NCBI GenBank assembly: GCA_965203965.1
Contig: CBDBDR010000001.1
Span: 1 to 38,287, forward strand
Source of the DNA: Thermodesulfobacteriota bacterium
GTDB lineage: Bacteria; Desulfobacterota_D; UBA1144; Nemesobacterales; JAJCZQ01
Length of the DNA: 38,287 nt
Direction of reading: 5' to 3'
The notes beneath the pieces were generated by a model, which saw nothing but the letters and a program-made list of their open reading frames with translations, was not told where the DNA came from and searched no databases. The position numbers and the translations under genes were made by a program. Shown piece by piece: positions 1 to 20,749 of this stretch; position 1 is the first letter of the stretch, and every line of letters begins with the position of its first letter.

Positions 1-884
1 TTTGTCACAGCATCTTATAAATAGTAGTTGTATCATGACTGTGCTAGAATTCTCATTTAGTTGATTGCTGTACTGTGATTTCTGTACTGTTTCTAATAGG
101 TGATTACCACAAGGGCCAATGCACGATAGCATAGACTGAAGATGCCTAGCTATAATAAGCTTTATAGTACCAGTACCGGCAACACAGTATACATGCAACT
201 GTGTGATAGTCAACAATAAAGGCATAGATTATTCTTATTTCTATAGCTAGTCACTGTAGGGGGTATAGTGCCAGTTGACTTCCACCATGCTATATATGGC
301 TGCAGTTAATGCATTACTGATTGAAACAAAATAGTGAAACAAATCTAGCATAGCAGGCACCAGCTGCAGTCATGCCGGCTTTACAGGCACTGCAAGGAAT
401 AGTCCTAAATTCAAACTCATCATCAATTTTTTTGCAAATTTTAATTCTGATCAAACTCTGGCCTACCATAGTGTATAGTTGATGTATACTAACCTCCACA
501 AATATTTGCTCTGCAAGTAAACCACAGTGTTGCAAGTAACAGGAAAATAGCTTTTGATGACATGTCTGAATCTGATTTGTAGCCACTGACCTGCATTGAT
601 GAATTCCGAACAAGGAATTATCTTTCATTTAAATTGAAAATCACATCTTACAAACGTGGCCGCGGGTTTGGCCGCTGGAATTCAGTCGCGCGTTTTTCAG
701 TATTGAATCCCTAGTATAGAGAGCACGAACTTGATAGCATATAAACAGGCAGCGGGGTGCATCAGCAAACAGAAATTCTATTCGCGAGAACTAACTGTAT
801 GGCGTACATGTATAACGCGCATGCCAAAGCGTTCTTGCGGCATCAGTAAAAATGTTAAGACCGGAAATAAACGTCGGCCAATCA
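1..884. repeat. Segmental duplicate, copy 1 (pairs with 19114-20412)
   Basis: Collinear similarity from tttgtcacagc to acgtcggccaatca; spurious ORF MKDNSLFGIHQCRS appears in both copies. Confidence 0.9.
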
Positions 885-937
885 TATATATTCAGTCCTT
901 TAGTTCACGTGACGGTGTACTATACGCTACTGCGTGT

Positions 938-2014
938 ACTTTTCCCGTGGTTTTCCTTCACCAGTAGTCCGCTTACTGAGTTCTTGGTATTCTACCCAAA
1001 ATCTGTCTGTTCGATGGGGACGTGCTTCTTCTACCCCTTTTACAGTATCTAATGGTGTTCGTCAGGGTGGTGTTTTATCCTGTTTTATTTTCTATTTACC
1101 TGGATGAGCTACTTATGAAGCTTGAGTCTCTTGGTGTTGGTTGCTTTCGGAATAACCATTTTGCTGGCGCCCTTGCATATGCTGATGACATCGTTCTATT
1201 GGCGCCAAGTGCCTCTGCCTTGCGTATTCTCCTTGCTAGTTGTGAATCACATGGCAGCCGCCTTGGATTACAGTTCAATCCCCTCAAGACTCAACTTATT
1301 AATTTCCGCTTGGGTGTCTCTGGTTCTAATTCTATCTTCTCTTTCTGTGGTTCAACTCTTCAATTTTCCCCCACAGTCCTACACCTAGGAAATAAATTAT
1401 CATATGATCTTTGCGATGATCAAGACATATTATTATTAAAGTCCTGCTATCTTTCGAGAGCTGCTAACAGTTTATTCTCTACCTTTCAAAAGGTCGGACC
1501 AATTCCTCTGTCCTATCTCTTTTCCTCCTACTGCTTAGCTCTCTATGGTTGTGAACTCTGGAAACTATCCTCACCTGGTCTTAAAGCTATTGAGGTAACA
1601 TTTAATAAATGTTTACGACGTATCTGGGGTCTTCCCCCAAGAACGCACACTGGTATTCTCCACTGTTGTGCCGGATTTCAGAGTATCTATAATACCGTTT
1701 TTTCAAGATCCCATAATTTCATTCAACGTGCTGGGCGTTCTAACAATTCTTTGGTGAAGGCAGTGTTCAATGACATTCTGGCGTACACCTTTGCTGGACA
1801 CAACATTTTCTTCGGTTCAAGTTATAAGAAAAATTACTCCTCAGATGATCAAGAGTGTGCAGGTGTATTGCGATCGTTTATTCTCTCGAGCATTGATTCT
1901 GATGTAGTACATGGCTCCTCTCCGATTGATTCGATGTTAAGAACAATTGCTACGGCATACCTTAATTTATTTCAACTCTACACCTTACGTGGTGTGTTTC
2001 ACAATAATAAATAA
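938..2014 (+). mobile_element. 5'-truncated non-LTR retrotransposon RT fragment with frameshift (clade not assigned)
   Basis: Upstream frame reads SRGFPSPVVRLLSSWY...FTVSNGVRQGGVLS, shifts near 1080 into VLFSIYLDELL...GVGC...LAYADD; ends in aataataaataat tail. Confidence 0.9.
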
Positions 2015-2755
2015 TAGTTAGAGAGCGCATCCGAGGATCTACGCGATTTAGAAGCCCGAGAGCCGTTGCTATATAGCGTCCGAGCGTAGCGAGGGCGCTA
2101 TGGTAACGGCGCGAGGGCTTCTACATCGCGTAGATCCGATTGGATGGGCTGTCTAACTGATTTAGACCATAGCAACAGCAAACAGAAACGACGCGAACGA
2201 CGAGGAAGGACACGCGAGCGCTGTTAAAATTATTCAGTAGAACTCCGCGCACAGAACCGTAATCTGCGCCGTGTGGTGGGATGCCATTATGAAGTCGCGG
2301 CAGTGGCGGGATTCCATTATGAGATTTATGGACCCGCAGCTACGCAACCTGATTGGTCAACATCGCTTAGCTGTGGTCTAAATAATGGTTAGACAACGCA
2401 TCCGAGGATCTACGCGATTTAGAAGCCCAAGAGCCGTTGCTATATAGCGTCCGAGCGTAGCGAGGGCGCTATGGTAACGGCGCGAGGGCTTCTATATCGC
2501 GTAGATCCGATTGGATGGGCTGTCTAACTGATTTAGACCATAGCAACAGCAAACAGAAACGACGCGAACGACGAGCAAGGACACGCGAGCGCTGTTAAAA
2601 TTATTCAGTAGAACTCCGCGCACAGAACCGTAATCTGCGCCGTGTGGTGGGATTCCATTATGAAGTCACGGCAGTGGCGGGATTCCATTATGAGATTTAT
2701 AGACCCGCAGCTACGCAACCAGATTGGTCAATATCGCTTAGCTGTGGTCTAATAA
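2015..2755 (+). mobile_element. Head-to-tail dimer of a ~371-bp hairpin element, Crypton-like non-autonomous
   Basis: Near-identical units start at 2015 and 2386; each has a ~130-bp 5' palindrome, then ttagaccatagc...gctgtggtctaa inverted repeat; aataat at junctions. Confidence 0.65.
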
Positions 2756-3753
2756 TAATTATGCCACGCGGTAGACGTGGCGTATTTAGGGTTGGGCGGA
2801 AAATAAGATGGCGGCTACACTGACCTAGGCTAAACGCAATAATTCACGTATATATATATCTTGGCTGTTGACGACATCAGGGGTATTTTAAGTACCTAGG
2901 GGCTATCCTAAGAGGTAAGCGCTTTCAATGAGTCTACTAATAAAGACTTTAAAGCCAGTTGCTGTGGGCATGACAAGATGGCGTCTCGCCTGGAGGCACT
3001 AAGTACGGCACTGCCATATCTTCGCCGCACGGGCATTTTAAGCTAATCTAACGTTCTGAAGGTCTTTGCACAATTTGTGCGATTACAAAGAGACCTTCAG
3101 AAGCAAAAGAAACCAGGTCTAAGGTGGTAAACAAGAGTACACGTGGTCACCCGTTTGTTCATCTTCTTCTTTCTTTCTCTCCCTCCCTCCCTCCCTCAAA
3201 TTTGTCTAAAGTGTTAGCTTTTGTTCGCACAAGTTAATATTAAGTTCGCAAACATGCATTAATTTTGTATTACTCAAAACAGCCAGCATGCTGCAAAGCA
3301 GGATGGTAGACAAGAAGCTGCTGAGTTTCAAGACTTGATTAGTGCACAAAAATTAGTGATCACAACAAAGATTAATGTATGACTATAAGAACAGTACATG
3401 TCAACAGATCATTCCTTTCCTGCTCATTCCTGTTGTTCTCATTCTCTAACCATATTACTCCACTATTACAGTTTCTATTATTAGCAGGTACTAATTTTAG
3501 CAATGACATAATTGCTAAAAATAGTAGATGCAAATTATGGGTTTAGGAAGAAGCTTTATTCTAACATATTAAAAATGTTGCGTACTTACAGTTGGCATGC
3601 AAGCTGCTTATAAATTTATCGATTGTCACCCCAAATTTTTGTGATTAATGATGGGTCTAGCAAAATACACTTGGAGCACATTATGGAAGCTCTTCTAATG
3701 CGATATGTGTGTCTAATGGATTTATTATCACTTGTCTATCTGTCTCTCCTCAG

Positions 3754-3900
3754 CTTCTCAAGAACCTGGCTATAGTGATGGCTGGTTGTTGAACTCATGA
3801 TGCTGCTGCTCGCCCAACAGCTGTCTTAGTGAAGAAGAGGCTGTTAAGAGTTGCTGTCAACTCAGGAGTCAAAATTGGCTTGTCTCAAACCACCTCATGA
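3754..3900 (+). pseudogene. Orphan terminal exon of a TGF-beta/activin-receptor-like Ser/Thr kinase with premature stop
   Basis: Acceptor tctctcctcag, then LLKNLAIVMAGC*THDAAARPTAVLVKKRL...QTTS*; resembles kinase subdomain XI (CW.HD..AR.TA..VKK.L); TGG>TGA at 3790. Confidence 0.7.
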
Positions 3901-4038
3901 CCTCGGAACAATCTTTTATACATGATTAATCAATTTCATTTATACTTATCCAACTGAATTCAGATTTGCAGTTATTACAGTATTATTAAGCAATTTGGCA
4001 ATGATTAAAACATTGAGTGCTTGTGAAATGGTATATTA

Positions 4039-4187
4039 CAGTGGACCCCTCACCATGGTCACCCTTACTATGGACACTCTATGTGGTCCCTAATCAATAC
4101 GTATTACCCCTTCAATCAGAACACCATCCTAATAATCAGGTCGCTATTTGTGGGTTCTAGGCTATCCGGTTTAGAGGGGTTCCACTG
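4039..4187. mobile_element. Tc1/mariner(pogo)-type MITE
   Basis: TIRs cagtggacccct...aggggttccactg, TA on the left; inverted partial copy at ~31745-31845. Confidence 0.65.
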
Positions 4188-4304
4188 CAATTAATTTAGC
4201 TCTATTAGGCTAACCCAACTGAGGGTTGAAATTTGAGTTAGAGAGTAAGTGCACATGTTCTGATCATGCTTGTACATTGAATCAGACACAACCTCTGCTG
4301 CTAC

Positions 4305-4490
4305 AACACTATACGTACAGGAAGCAAGCTAATGCATCATGCGGCTACAACAAGCTAATGCTAATGCCGCTACAGCAAGCCAATGCATCATGCCGCTACA
4401 ACAAGCTAATGCTAATGCCGCTACAGCAAGCTAATGGAAGCTAACGCAAGCTAATGCTAATTCCGCTACAATGAGGAAGCTAATGCAGAC
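4305..4490. repeat. Minisatellite built from caagctaatgctaatgccgctaca motifs
   Basis: Direct repeats with ~51-bp period visible. Confidence 0.8.
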
Positions 4491-4879
4491 TTCAATCAGT
4501 GAATAGAGGAAGGCTTTAACACCCAAACATATCGGCACCTTACTATATTGAGCTGTATAGTTTCAGTGTCACTATTATAAAATTTGGCGTGTAAAAAGAG
4601 CTCATGAGAATCTGTAAATAACTGATTGTTAGCAGTGACAAACAGTACACACACCGTTTTGAAACAGTTTCTGATTAACTCAAGATTATAATAGCTGAGG
4701 ATTGTACAGAATAGAACATACCAAAAAGAGTTCTATTTGTAATGAACTAAACACGTACTAACTAGGAATGATGTTCTAGATAGACAATGAGGAACACGTG
4801 GCTACAAACAGATTAATTAACTACAATGAACACTGAGCACATTCATGGTAGACTGATCCAAACAGGCTAAAGCTTCTAG

Positions 4880-8898
<4,019 letters not shown>

Positions 8899-9124
8899 CT
8901 GTTCAAAAACAAATTAAGCAAATTGTATCATGTGAAAATTAAATCAAATTAAGTCGTGTGAAAATTTTTGAGAAGCTATCTTAGACGCTTGGTAAATTTG
9001 ACATTTTACAATTTTTTGAGGTGCTTGTAAAACGTGGAACACGGAATAGCGGAATGACGGAATAAAAAGTTGGCCGTGTAAGGTGGGCGTGGCAGATCAA
9101 AATGCTAACGCAGCATCTGCTCAG

Positions 9125-9702
9125 GGGAATGACTCAATTCACCCGGTTTGAAACCGTTGCCATGGCAATCACGTGATAACTATGGACGAATACTGTCAAC
9201 TATAAACCCAAAACCCTAAAAACCTTCTCCTAACTGCGCAGAGTCGGGAGGGGTATCCTAACCCGGGCCTTCGGCCCTTGGTAAGCCTAAGGATCGTCGG
9301 GAGGGGCGTCCTAAACAGGGCCTTCGGCCCTAGCTAAAGATCGTCGGGAGGGGCGTCCTAAACAGGGCCTTCGGCCCTAGCTAAGGATCGTGGGAGGGTC
9401 GTTCTAAACTAAGGATCGTCGAGAATGTTACTACTAGCTAGAAAACTCAAGTTTTTTTGTGAAAAAAAAAACAAAAAAATCAATGGACACGGTGAGGATC
9501 GAACCGTGAAAGTTTACATCACAAACCACCGCAGTAAACCTCTGAGCCACCGGAACCTGCTGACCAACCGTTGCTACAAACTAGGCTTTATAGTGATACA
9601 GTACGCGCGCGCATGTAGATGAAATAAGCCCCCGAAGGGGGCTTGTGCACGTGACGTACCCGTGACGTAGTCGTTTCAAACCGGGTGAAATGAGTCATAA
9701 CC
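9125..9702. mobile_element. MULE-like non-autonomous element with 10-bp TSD
   Basis: TIR atgactca.ttcacccggtttgaaac / gtttcaaaccgggtgaaatgagtcat; TSD atctgctcag at 9115-9124 and 9703-9712; internal ~47-bp tandem repeats. Confidence 0.8.
9485..9553 (-). ncRNA. Degenerate tRNA-derived Pol III module
   Basis: Minus strand A box TGGCTCAGAGG, B box GGTTCGATCC, then oligo-T; stems pair poorly. Confidence 0.5.
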
Positions 9703-10397
9703 ATCTGCTCAGTTCATGCGCAGTTGTATATCTCTATGTCTATATGTTGGTAACACAGTCGATATATACAACGAAAGCGAATCACGAGCAATTCATTCGA
9801 CCGCTGCTAAGTAAACTGCTGCTACGAAGTACAGTACGAACAGAACTGCTACGTGTCATTGTTTTTTTTAAAATAATAACGAAAAATAATAATGCATGAT
9901 TCGGGGGTTCCAGGGTCTGAAATTTCTGACCCGAAGCCGATTTTTCAGTTTGCCCCGTTACCCACCACCCACTACGTCATTTTGCATCATTATAATGATA
10001 TTCATAATCAGCGCTTGATTATTCATGGTGTTAATTATATTCACGCAATACCACATACTTAAGTTGCGGCAAGCCATTACAGCAAACAAGATGCAACGCC
10101 TGGTCAGCTACTTTCCCAAGGCTGCAGCAGTTCCTCTACCTCTTGACTTCGATTTTTCAAATTTCCAGCTTTAAAAACTCTTGATTTCTCAGCTCTAGTC
10201 CCACAACAGTTGTGTCCTTGTGCGCTGCTAGTAGAGCAAGTATAGCTAACTGAGCGCCAGCTTCTTTTTTTGTGTATGCATGTCAGTTCAAGTTCTGTTT
10301 AATAAAGTTTATGTGATAACTTGACAATTTCTTATTAAGTATAATTATTAAGTATAATTATTACTTGCTGAGCACCTGCTGAACACTGTTAAGGTGG

Positions 10398-11105
10398 CGG
10401 TATACCCGTTTTTATGAATATCAATGAGCGACTTTCTTTTATCTGCAGCTCGTGACAGAGCAACGCTAGCAGCGTGAAACTCGCTCTGATGCATCAATGA
10501 GTGTGTCTCAATGTATAATGCACCTTGAAACGTTGCACAATATTCTACACCAAGGAATAATGTAGGAACAATCAACATCGTACGGATACGCATTTTTCAC
10601 GCCAAAAATCTCTCCTGCCTAACCGTGCAGCAAAGGTTACTAGCTGAAATTCGACTCTTATAAACCATTTCTAGGTGCTGACGAAGAGTTTTGTTGACCC
10701 ACGCTGAACGTAGCTGTTCTATGCATCGACAAACATGGACGTCACTGCAAAATCAGCCATGATTTAGAATGAAAAAGTGTTTTTCTTAAAATCAGAAAAA
10801 GTAAATGCAGAAAACTCTTCGTCAGCACCTAGAAATGGTTTATAAGAGTCGAATTTCAGCTGGTAACCTTTGCTGCACGGTTAGTCAGGAGAGATTTTTG
10901 GCGTGAAAAATGCGTATCCGTACGATGTTGATTGTTCCTACATTATTCCTTGGTGTAGAATATTGTGCAACATTTCAAGCTGCATTATACATTGAGAGAC
11001 ACTCATTGATGCATCAGAGCGAGTTTCACGCTGCTAGCGTTGCTCTGTCACGAGCTGCAGATAAAAGAAAGTCGCTCATTAATATTCATAAAAACGGGTA
11101 TACCG
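10398..11105. repeat. Foldback element, ~295-bp near-perfect inverted arms
   Basis: 10398-10692 is the reverse complement of 10811-11105; ttaa near both ends. Confidence 0.9.
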
Positions 11106-11293
11106 TTTAATGAGATTCATGACTTTGCAAGGGGCTATTTCTTTTTAAGCCACGTCTGTCTGTGCAGACGGAGTTGCAGTGTGCGCTTTGTTTGTCTATA
11201 GATAGGCATCGATAATAGCAAGTTTCAGCCACGTAGTGTTCGCCATCACGGAACGACGAGCTAGCCTATGAAGACTAAACACGATCGAGTTTT

Positions 11294-11571
11294 TACAATT
11301 TTTCTTTAGTTGTGTGAAAAGTACGAAGCTAAAACTGCTCTTGCAAGCTCATCTTCCATTCGTGGAGGAGCCTGCGTATCGATTTCGCCGAGCAATGCTC
11401 GTACGCGATACTGCAGCTACGTACTGCCAGACAGTACAGAGTACGCAGTTGTAGTATCGCGTGCGAGCATTGCTCGGCGAAATCCATACGCAGGCTCCTC
11501 CACAGATAGTAGATGAGCTTGCATGAGCAGTTTTAGCTTCGTACGTTTCACACAACTAAAGAAAAATTGTA
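11294..11571. repeat. ~280-bp imperfect palindrome (MITE-like)
   Basis: tacaatttttctttagttgtgtgaaa...tttcacacaactaaagaaaaattgta with short central loop. Confidence 0.85.
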
Positions 11572-12106
11572 CAGAATTAGTTCGCATTTTGTACATAATT
11601 ACTTGATTCAACTATACAACAAGTCTGTTCAACAAGTGTAATGCTACCTCCCTAAATTAACTGCCTTCGATAGTTGTAGTTAATTTAATAGGGAGGTAGC
11701 ATTACACTGCTATTGCTACAATATTATCCTTTTTATTTCAAATCTTGTTTACTTTTCACAATGTTGTTTCCATACTTTTTTCGATACATGTACCAACCCT
11801 AAATCTATCGCATTTTTGTTTAAAATGTTTTTATTACTTGTAATTGTACTGTTGCTGCCTCGGAGAAGATCGGGCAAGCAGTGAGGCAACACCAATGCAA
11901 TCCATTTACAACGATACTATGGTTGCCATGGCACAACACCCAGCAGCATCAGCAGCTGTTGCTGTCGTTCCAACTCTCTATTCGTTAGATTCATCACTGA
12001 TTCATCACCAGCCACAATTGATGGTGTATCCCTTACACTTCGAGGATACTTGGCTGAAAGGTAGCTTTCCTATTACTTCTTGGAATCACTATGCCTGCCA
12101 CAGAAG

Positions 12107-12261
12107 CAGTGGCGGATCTAGCCTGAGGTGCTTGGGGGGGCCATAATTTATTCGTATTATAACTTTGTACAAGGCTTGTTTACATTCCATTGTGTGGCTT
12201 ATATTTCTAAAATTTTAGGGGGGGCCTGGCCCCCCCTGGCCCCCCTGTAGATCCGCCACTG
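12107..12261. mobile_element. hAT-type MITE
   Basis: cagtggcggatcta...tagatccgccactg with 8-bp TSD cacagaag. Confidence 0.85.
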
Positions 12262-12716
12262 CACAGAAGGTCCAAGCAGTGGCGTAGCCAGGACTTACAG
12301 TTAGGCGGGGCACAGAAATGGGCGCGCTTGCGCCCCCGCGAAATTTTGAAAACCACGCCCATTTTGGGAAAAATTCGTGTATTTTGGAGTGCTTGAGCCA
12401 CGTTGTTGAACAATCTGGTTCATAGTGGAGTCACAGATATTGTAAATCAGCCGATAAAATCAGTGTACTATTGAACAAGAAGTGACTTGGCGTTTATAGT
12501 CTAACGAGTACTGTATGCAAGAGGTGCCCACAAATGGTGGGGCACCTCCTTGACTTGGTGGGGCGTGGATCAACCGTAATATTCGCCACCTCATTAATTA
12601 TTCATGAAAATGAATAATTAATGAGGTGGCGATCCAGATATAATTAATAATTATATCTGATTGATTGATCCAGATATAATTAATAATTAAATCTGGATCA
12701 ATCTATAGATCCAGAT

Positions 12717-15792
<3,076 letters not shown>

Positions 15793-15952
15793 CGAGCGGG
15801 GATGTCTAAACCCAAGACCCTAAAAACCTTCGCCTAGTATTCGCTAACGGGCGTTTTAACACTCAGGATCGTCGTTCCCGGCGTTTTAACACTAAGGATC
15901 GTCGTTCCCGGCGTTCTAACATTAAGGATCGTCGTTCCCGGCGTTCGTCGTC

Positions 15953-16229
15953 CAGTAGCGGTTCTAGGGGGGGGGCCTGGGGGGGCCATGGCCCCCCAAA
16001 AAATTGCCCTCTGTAAAACTTTCACTTGCCTCTTCCAACCAAAACGTTTATGAACGTATGTACCTTGCTTGTCTTGCCTGACTCAGCTGTTTCGCGGTCT
16101 TTCTTGCTCTCCAACAGGTACACGGGCAGTTTAAAATGACTTATTCTAATGAATATTAATTAGCTGTTTCCCAAAATCGCGCGCGCATTCAGTGGCCCCT
16201 CCAAACATTTCTCTCTAGAACCACCACTG
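15953..16229. mobile_element. hAT-type MITE
   Basis: cagtagcggttctag...ctagaaccaccactg with 8-bp TSD tcgtcgtc. Confidence 0.8.
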
Positions 16230-16274
16230 TCGTCGTCGTTCTAGCCCATTTTCATGAATAATTAATGCGAAAGG

Positions 16275-16539
16275 GTATGTAGCTGCTAGAAAGACACATC
16301 CAAATGTGTTTGAAATCATTGAAGTGTTCCAGGCAGAGCAGGCCATGACAGAGGTAACACTGCAACATTTGGCAGCTGGTGGAGCAGTCCGAAGGCGAAG
16401 TAGATTTTATAGGGGCAAGGATGCTTCCATCAAGCGAGTCAAAGATAAATTTGTGGCAGGCACACACAAGCTAGAAGAATACATGGAACAAGTGAGTAAA
16501 TGGTTGGGTTTTTTTATGAGCATCGACAAGCATTACTGA
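16275..16539 (+). pseudogene. MULE-type transposase C-terminal remnant
   Basis: AARKTHPNVFEIIEVFQAEQAMTE resembles the HPN-I-x-x-F-x-x-EQ segment that follows the catalytic E in animal MULE transposases. Confidence 0.65.
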
Positions 16540-16544
16540 GAATT

Positions 16545-16660
16545 TGAGCATCGACGAGCATTATTGAGCATAGACGAGCATTTATGAGCATTGTCGAGCA
16601 TTATTGAGCATTTATGAGCATTGAAGAGCATTATTGAGCATTGTTTAAGAGTAGAGCATT
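16545..16660. repeat. gagcatt-based ~10-bp tandem repeat
   Basis: Repeated gagcattatt/gagcattt units. Confidence 0.8.
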
Positions 16661-17144
16661 GTAATTGTATTGAATTTTGTGTTTTCCTTCTCCCTCAATC
16701 TGTTCTCTCTTGTGTGCTACTGTTTTAGCCATTGTTGTGGATCTGAATAGTCGTAGTTTGCTTCAATAAGTATGCCGAACAGGTCAGCGTAGCCCAGACT
16801 ATCGTGTCATACTCAAGATTACTAGTTTTGCACCTATGCTACGAAGTGCGCAGCAACGCCGCTGTAAACAGGAAGCCGGCTTGGTAATGTAGTGGAGAAC
16901 AAAATCACACAGTAACTGCCACAAAACCCATTGTAACTCAGCCATTTTAGCACCGATTCTAACGAAATTTAGATTTCTGTGCTGCTAAAGGTTAGCAGAA
17001 GCCACCTAGAACAACTATTAATTGATCCAGACAGTTTAAACTTTTTAGTGCACATCGCTACCTCTGGCCCTCACTAACGATCGTCGAGAGTGTCACAACT
17101 AGCTGAAAAACTTTTTAGTTCTCTGCAAAAAAATAATAAACACA

Positions 17145-17215
17145 TGCATACAGTGAGAAACGAACCGCGAACGTCTGCATTACAAGCCACCGTACCAAAC
17201 AGCTGAGCCACCAGG
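17145..17215 (-). ncRNA. Second degenerate tRNA-derived module
   Basis: Minus strand ggtggctcag...cttgtaa...ggttcgtttctcac, then T-run; same flanking context as 9485-9553. Confidence 0.45.
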
Positions 17216-17609
17216 AACTAGACCAGTTATATCCCTGAAATAGCGCAATCTGATTGGTCAGAATAGTCCTATTAACTGACCTTATCATGCTACAAGCAAG
17301 CCTTTAAAATGCAATTTCTGTACGCGCGCTTAAATTAGACTCTCGATTTTTACGCGGTGTACTTCAAATGTTGTAAATTTAGTGACACCCTATGGCTAAC
17401 GCTGCACGGCTGAAACTTGTTATGGTCGAAGACTATCAATAGACAAGCAAACTGCACTCTGTAAGTCTGTACAAATACCCATGACTAGAAATAATGCTAC
17501 TTGCTATAGTCATGAATATCATTAATTCTGGTATCCCGCCACGTGCACCTTAATTACAGAGGCGTTTTTACAAGGGTGATTTCAGTGCCTCCTAAGAACC
17601 AGAAATTTT

Positions 17610-18271
<662 letters not shown>

Positions 18272-19113
18272 AATAAGGCATAAGATATAATTAACAATGC
18301 TTAGCAGAAATAATAATTAATGCTTGCCATATTTAATAAGGTGATTAGTAGCTTGCTAGCCATAGGAACACACGTGTTACTATACTAGCTCAGAGAACAC
18401 CTGCATTATGCATAGCATTTCATACTGTAATAATAATAAATAATATATTTTGGGCGTGGTCAAAAAATAATGAGTGTGGTTTATATGAATATATTATAAT
18501 TAAGCACCCTCCTACTCCAAATCCTGGATACGCCACTGAGCCCTTAAATGCTTCGAGTTTGGTAAACAGTTATTTGCACAATCTTTAGATCTTAACTGCC
18601 TATCTGAAATGTTGAGATAATAAATAGCCTCATCCCCTGCGAGCCAGGACACATGAATAAGTGATGCATAGCTATAGCTACTAATTTGCTCCAATACACT
18701 TACAGTAGTATTGATAAACTGAATAATTTGCAGCCATGTCAACCTTGAAACCAACAAGAAAGGATCTCGGAAACAGTATTAGGTTACAAATTGTTATAAT
18801 AGGATTATGTTTGGAACATTATAGTTGGTTGTCATGATACATGTACATTATTCTTGCTTCCCAATTACATGTATTAATTAAGTTTATCCTTATCAGTTTG
18901 TTTTGTTCATGCAGGAATAGTAACTTGATAGTATAACAGGCCTCAGTTGGGAATGTACATCTATAGTGCAGTCTGTGCAGACAACAGCCCACATCATCAG
19001 ATACTTACTCCATGTTTATAGTTATTACAGAAGCAAAATAGGGCTGTGACAATCTGGACAATGTTTTCTGTATTCTCAAATTATTCTAAGCATAGTCAGT
19101 CTGTCTTATCTTG

Positions 19114-20412
19114 TTTGTCACAGCTTCTCATAAAATTTATAGTAGTTTTATCATCACTGTACTAGAGTTCTCATTATGCCTCGGTGGGCGGAGCCACGAG
19201 GCATACAGTAGTTCGTTTGTGTGTGTGTGTGTGTGTCATTCCGTCTGTTATTCAGTTCTGTTTTGATTGCTGTACTGAGATTTCTGTATTACTGTTTCTA
19301 ATAATTATTAAGTGATTACCACAAGGGCCATGATAGCATAGACTGCCGAAGATGCCCAGCTATTATACAACATAGCATACTGACATGCAACCATGATGCA
19401 TGTGATTGTCAACAATAATTAAAGTCATGGAAGAGATTATAAAATATTATGGTAGCTGGTCGCTTCAAGGGTATAGGGTCAGTTGACTTCCACCTTGCTA
19501 TAATGTTATATGGCTGCAGTTAATGTAGCTATTACTGTTTCACTGAGCAGTGGCGGATCTAGGATTGGAGAAAGGGGGTTCTTAGTTGAATGGGGCGCTT
19601 GCGCGGAGCGAATTTTTGAAAACCACGCCCACTTTCGGTCAAAATTTAGCCTACTTTTGCGTTGAATCTGCGGTCTCTGCAGAGGGTTGAATCCTTGTTA
19701 GTTTAGCCGGTCTTGCACGTAGTGAATGTGGGACAAACCCTAGTTATGATTGTGTAAACTAAATTCCTCATAAGGTAATTTAGCTTGTTAATATCATTAT
19801 TGAGCGCAAAGGGGGTTCGCGCGCATCTCTGGATCCACCCTAGATCCGCCATTGCACTGGATATAGTGAAACAAAATCTAGCACGGCAGGCACCAGCTGC
19901 AGTCATGTCGGCTTTATAGGCACTGCAAGGAAATTCTAAATTGCAATTTATCAGCCAAATTTTTCAGTGCAATTTTAATTCGGATCCCACTCCGGCCTAC
20001 AACACTAGTGCATAGTTGATGTCCTAACCTTCACACATATTTGCTCTGCAAGTACACCACAGTGTTGCAAGTGACAGGAAAATAGCTTTTGATGACATGT
20101 CTGAATCTGATTTGTAGCCAATGACCTGCATTGATGAATTCCGAACAAGGAATTATCTTTCATTTGAAGTAGAAAATCGGCACATCTTACAAAAGTGTCC
20201 AGAAGTTTCCTGGAATTCAGTTGCGCGTTTTCCAGTATCGAATCCCTAGTACACTTATGAGAGAGCACGAACTTGATAGCTTACAAACTGGTAGCGGGGT
20301 GCATCAGCAAAGAAACAAATTATCCACGAGAACTAACTGCACGGTGCACATGAATAACGCGCGTTCTTGCGGCATAAAAATGTCAAGACCGGAAATAAAC
20401 GTCGGCCAATCA
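19114..20412. repeat. Segmental duplicate, copy 2, with two copy-specific insertions
   Basis: Matches 1-884 apart from 19174-19260 and 19548-19854. Confidence 0.9.
19548..19854. mobile_element. hAT-type MITE
   Basis: cagtggcggatctagg...cctagatccgccattg; absent from duplicate copy 1; TSD imperfect. Confidence 0.75.
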
Positions 20413-20749
20413 AATTCACTTTGGGTCACGTGTATTATGTGTGCCGTGCGTTTGATTGGTCAACCAAATAAAGCTTTCGATCTTGACATTTCTATGCACT
20501 TTGAAAAATGGACGGTACTACACTTGGAACAGCAGAAGTCCCTCCATTAATTATAACAGTGCATGGTAGGAAGTTTCTAGTTAAGGGTGGGCGTGGCTCG
20601 TGTACAGAGCATGCATGCATGCGTGGGTGATCGTAAGCCAGTAGTACTTTTGTGCATGTAGCATATGAGCTACAAAGCACACAAAGAAAAGCCCATTGCC
20701 AGCAAAGAAAGGACACAGTTATTTATCCGTATAACATATTTTCATGTAG

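Noticed and set aside
9485..9553. Functional tRNA gene
   Set aside because: Acceptor and anticodon stems do not pair properly; kept only as tRNA-derived
10348..11110. Twin ORFs MRIRTMLIVPT on opposite strands
   Set aside because: Explained by the inverted repeat; no coding signature
18690..19080. Candidate first exons for gene A (gtaagt donors on the minus strand)
   Set aside because: No convincing signal peptide or clean open frame
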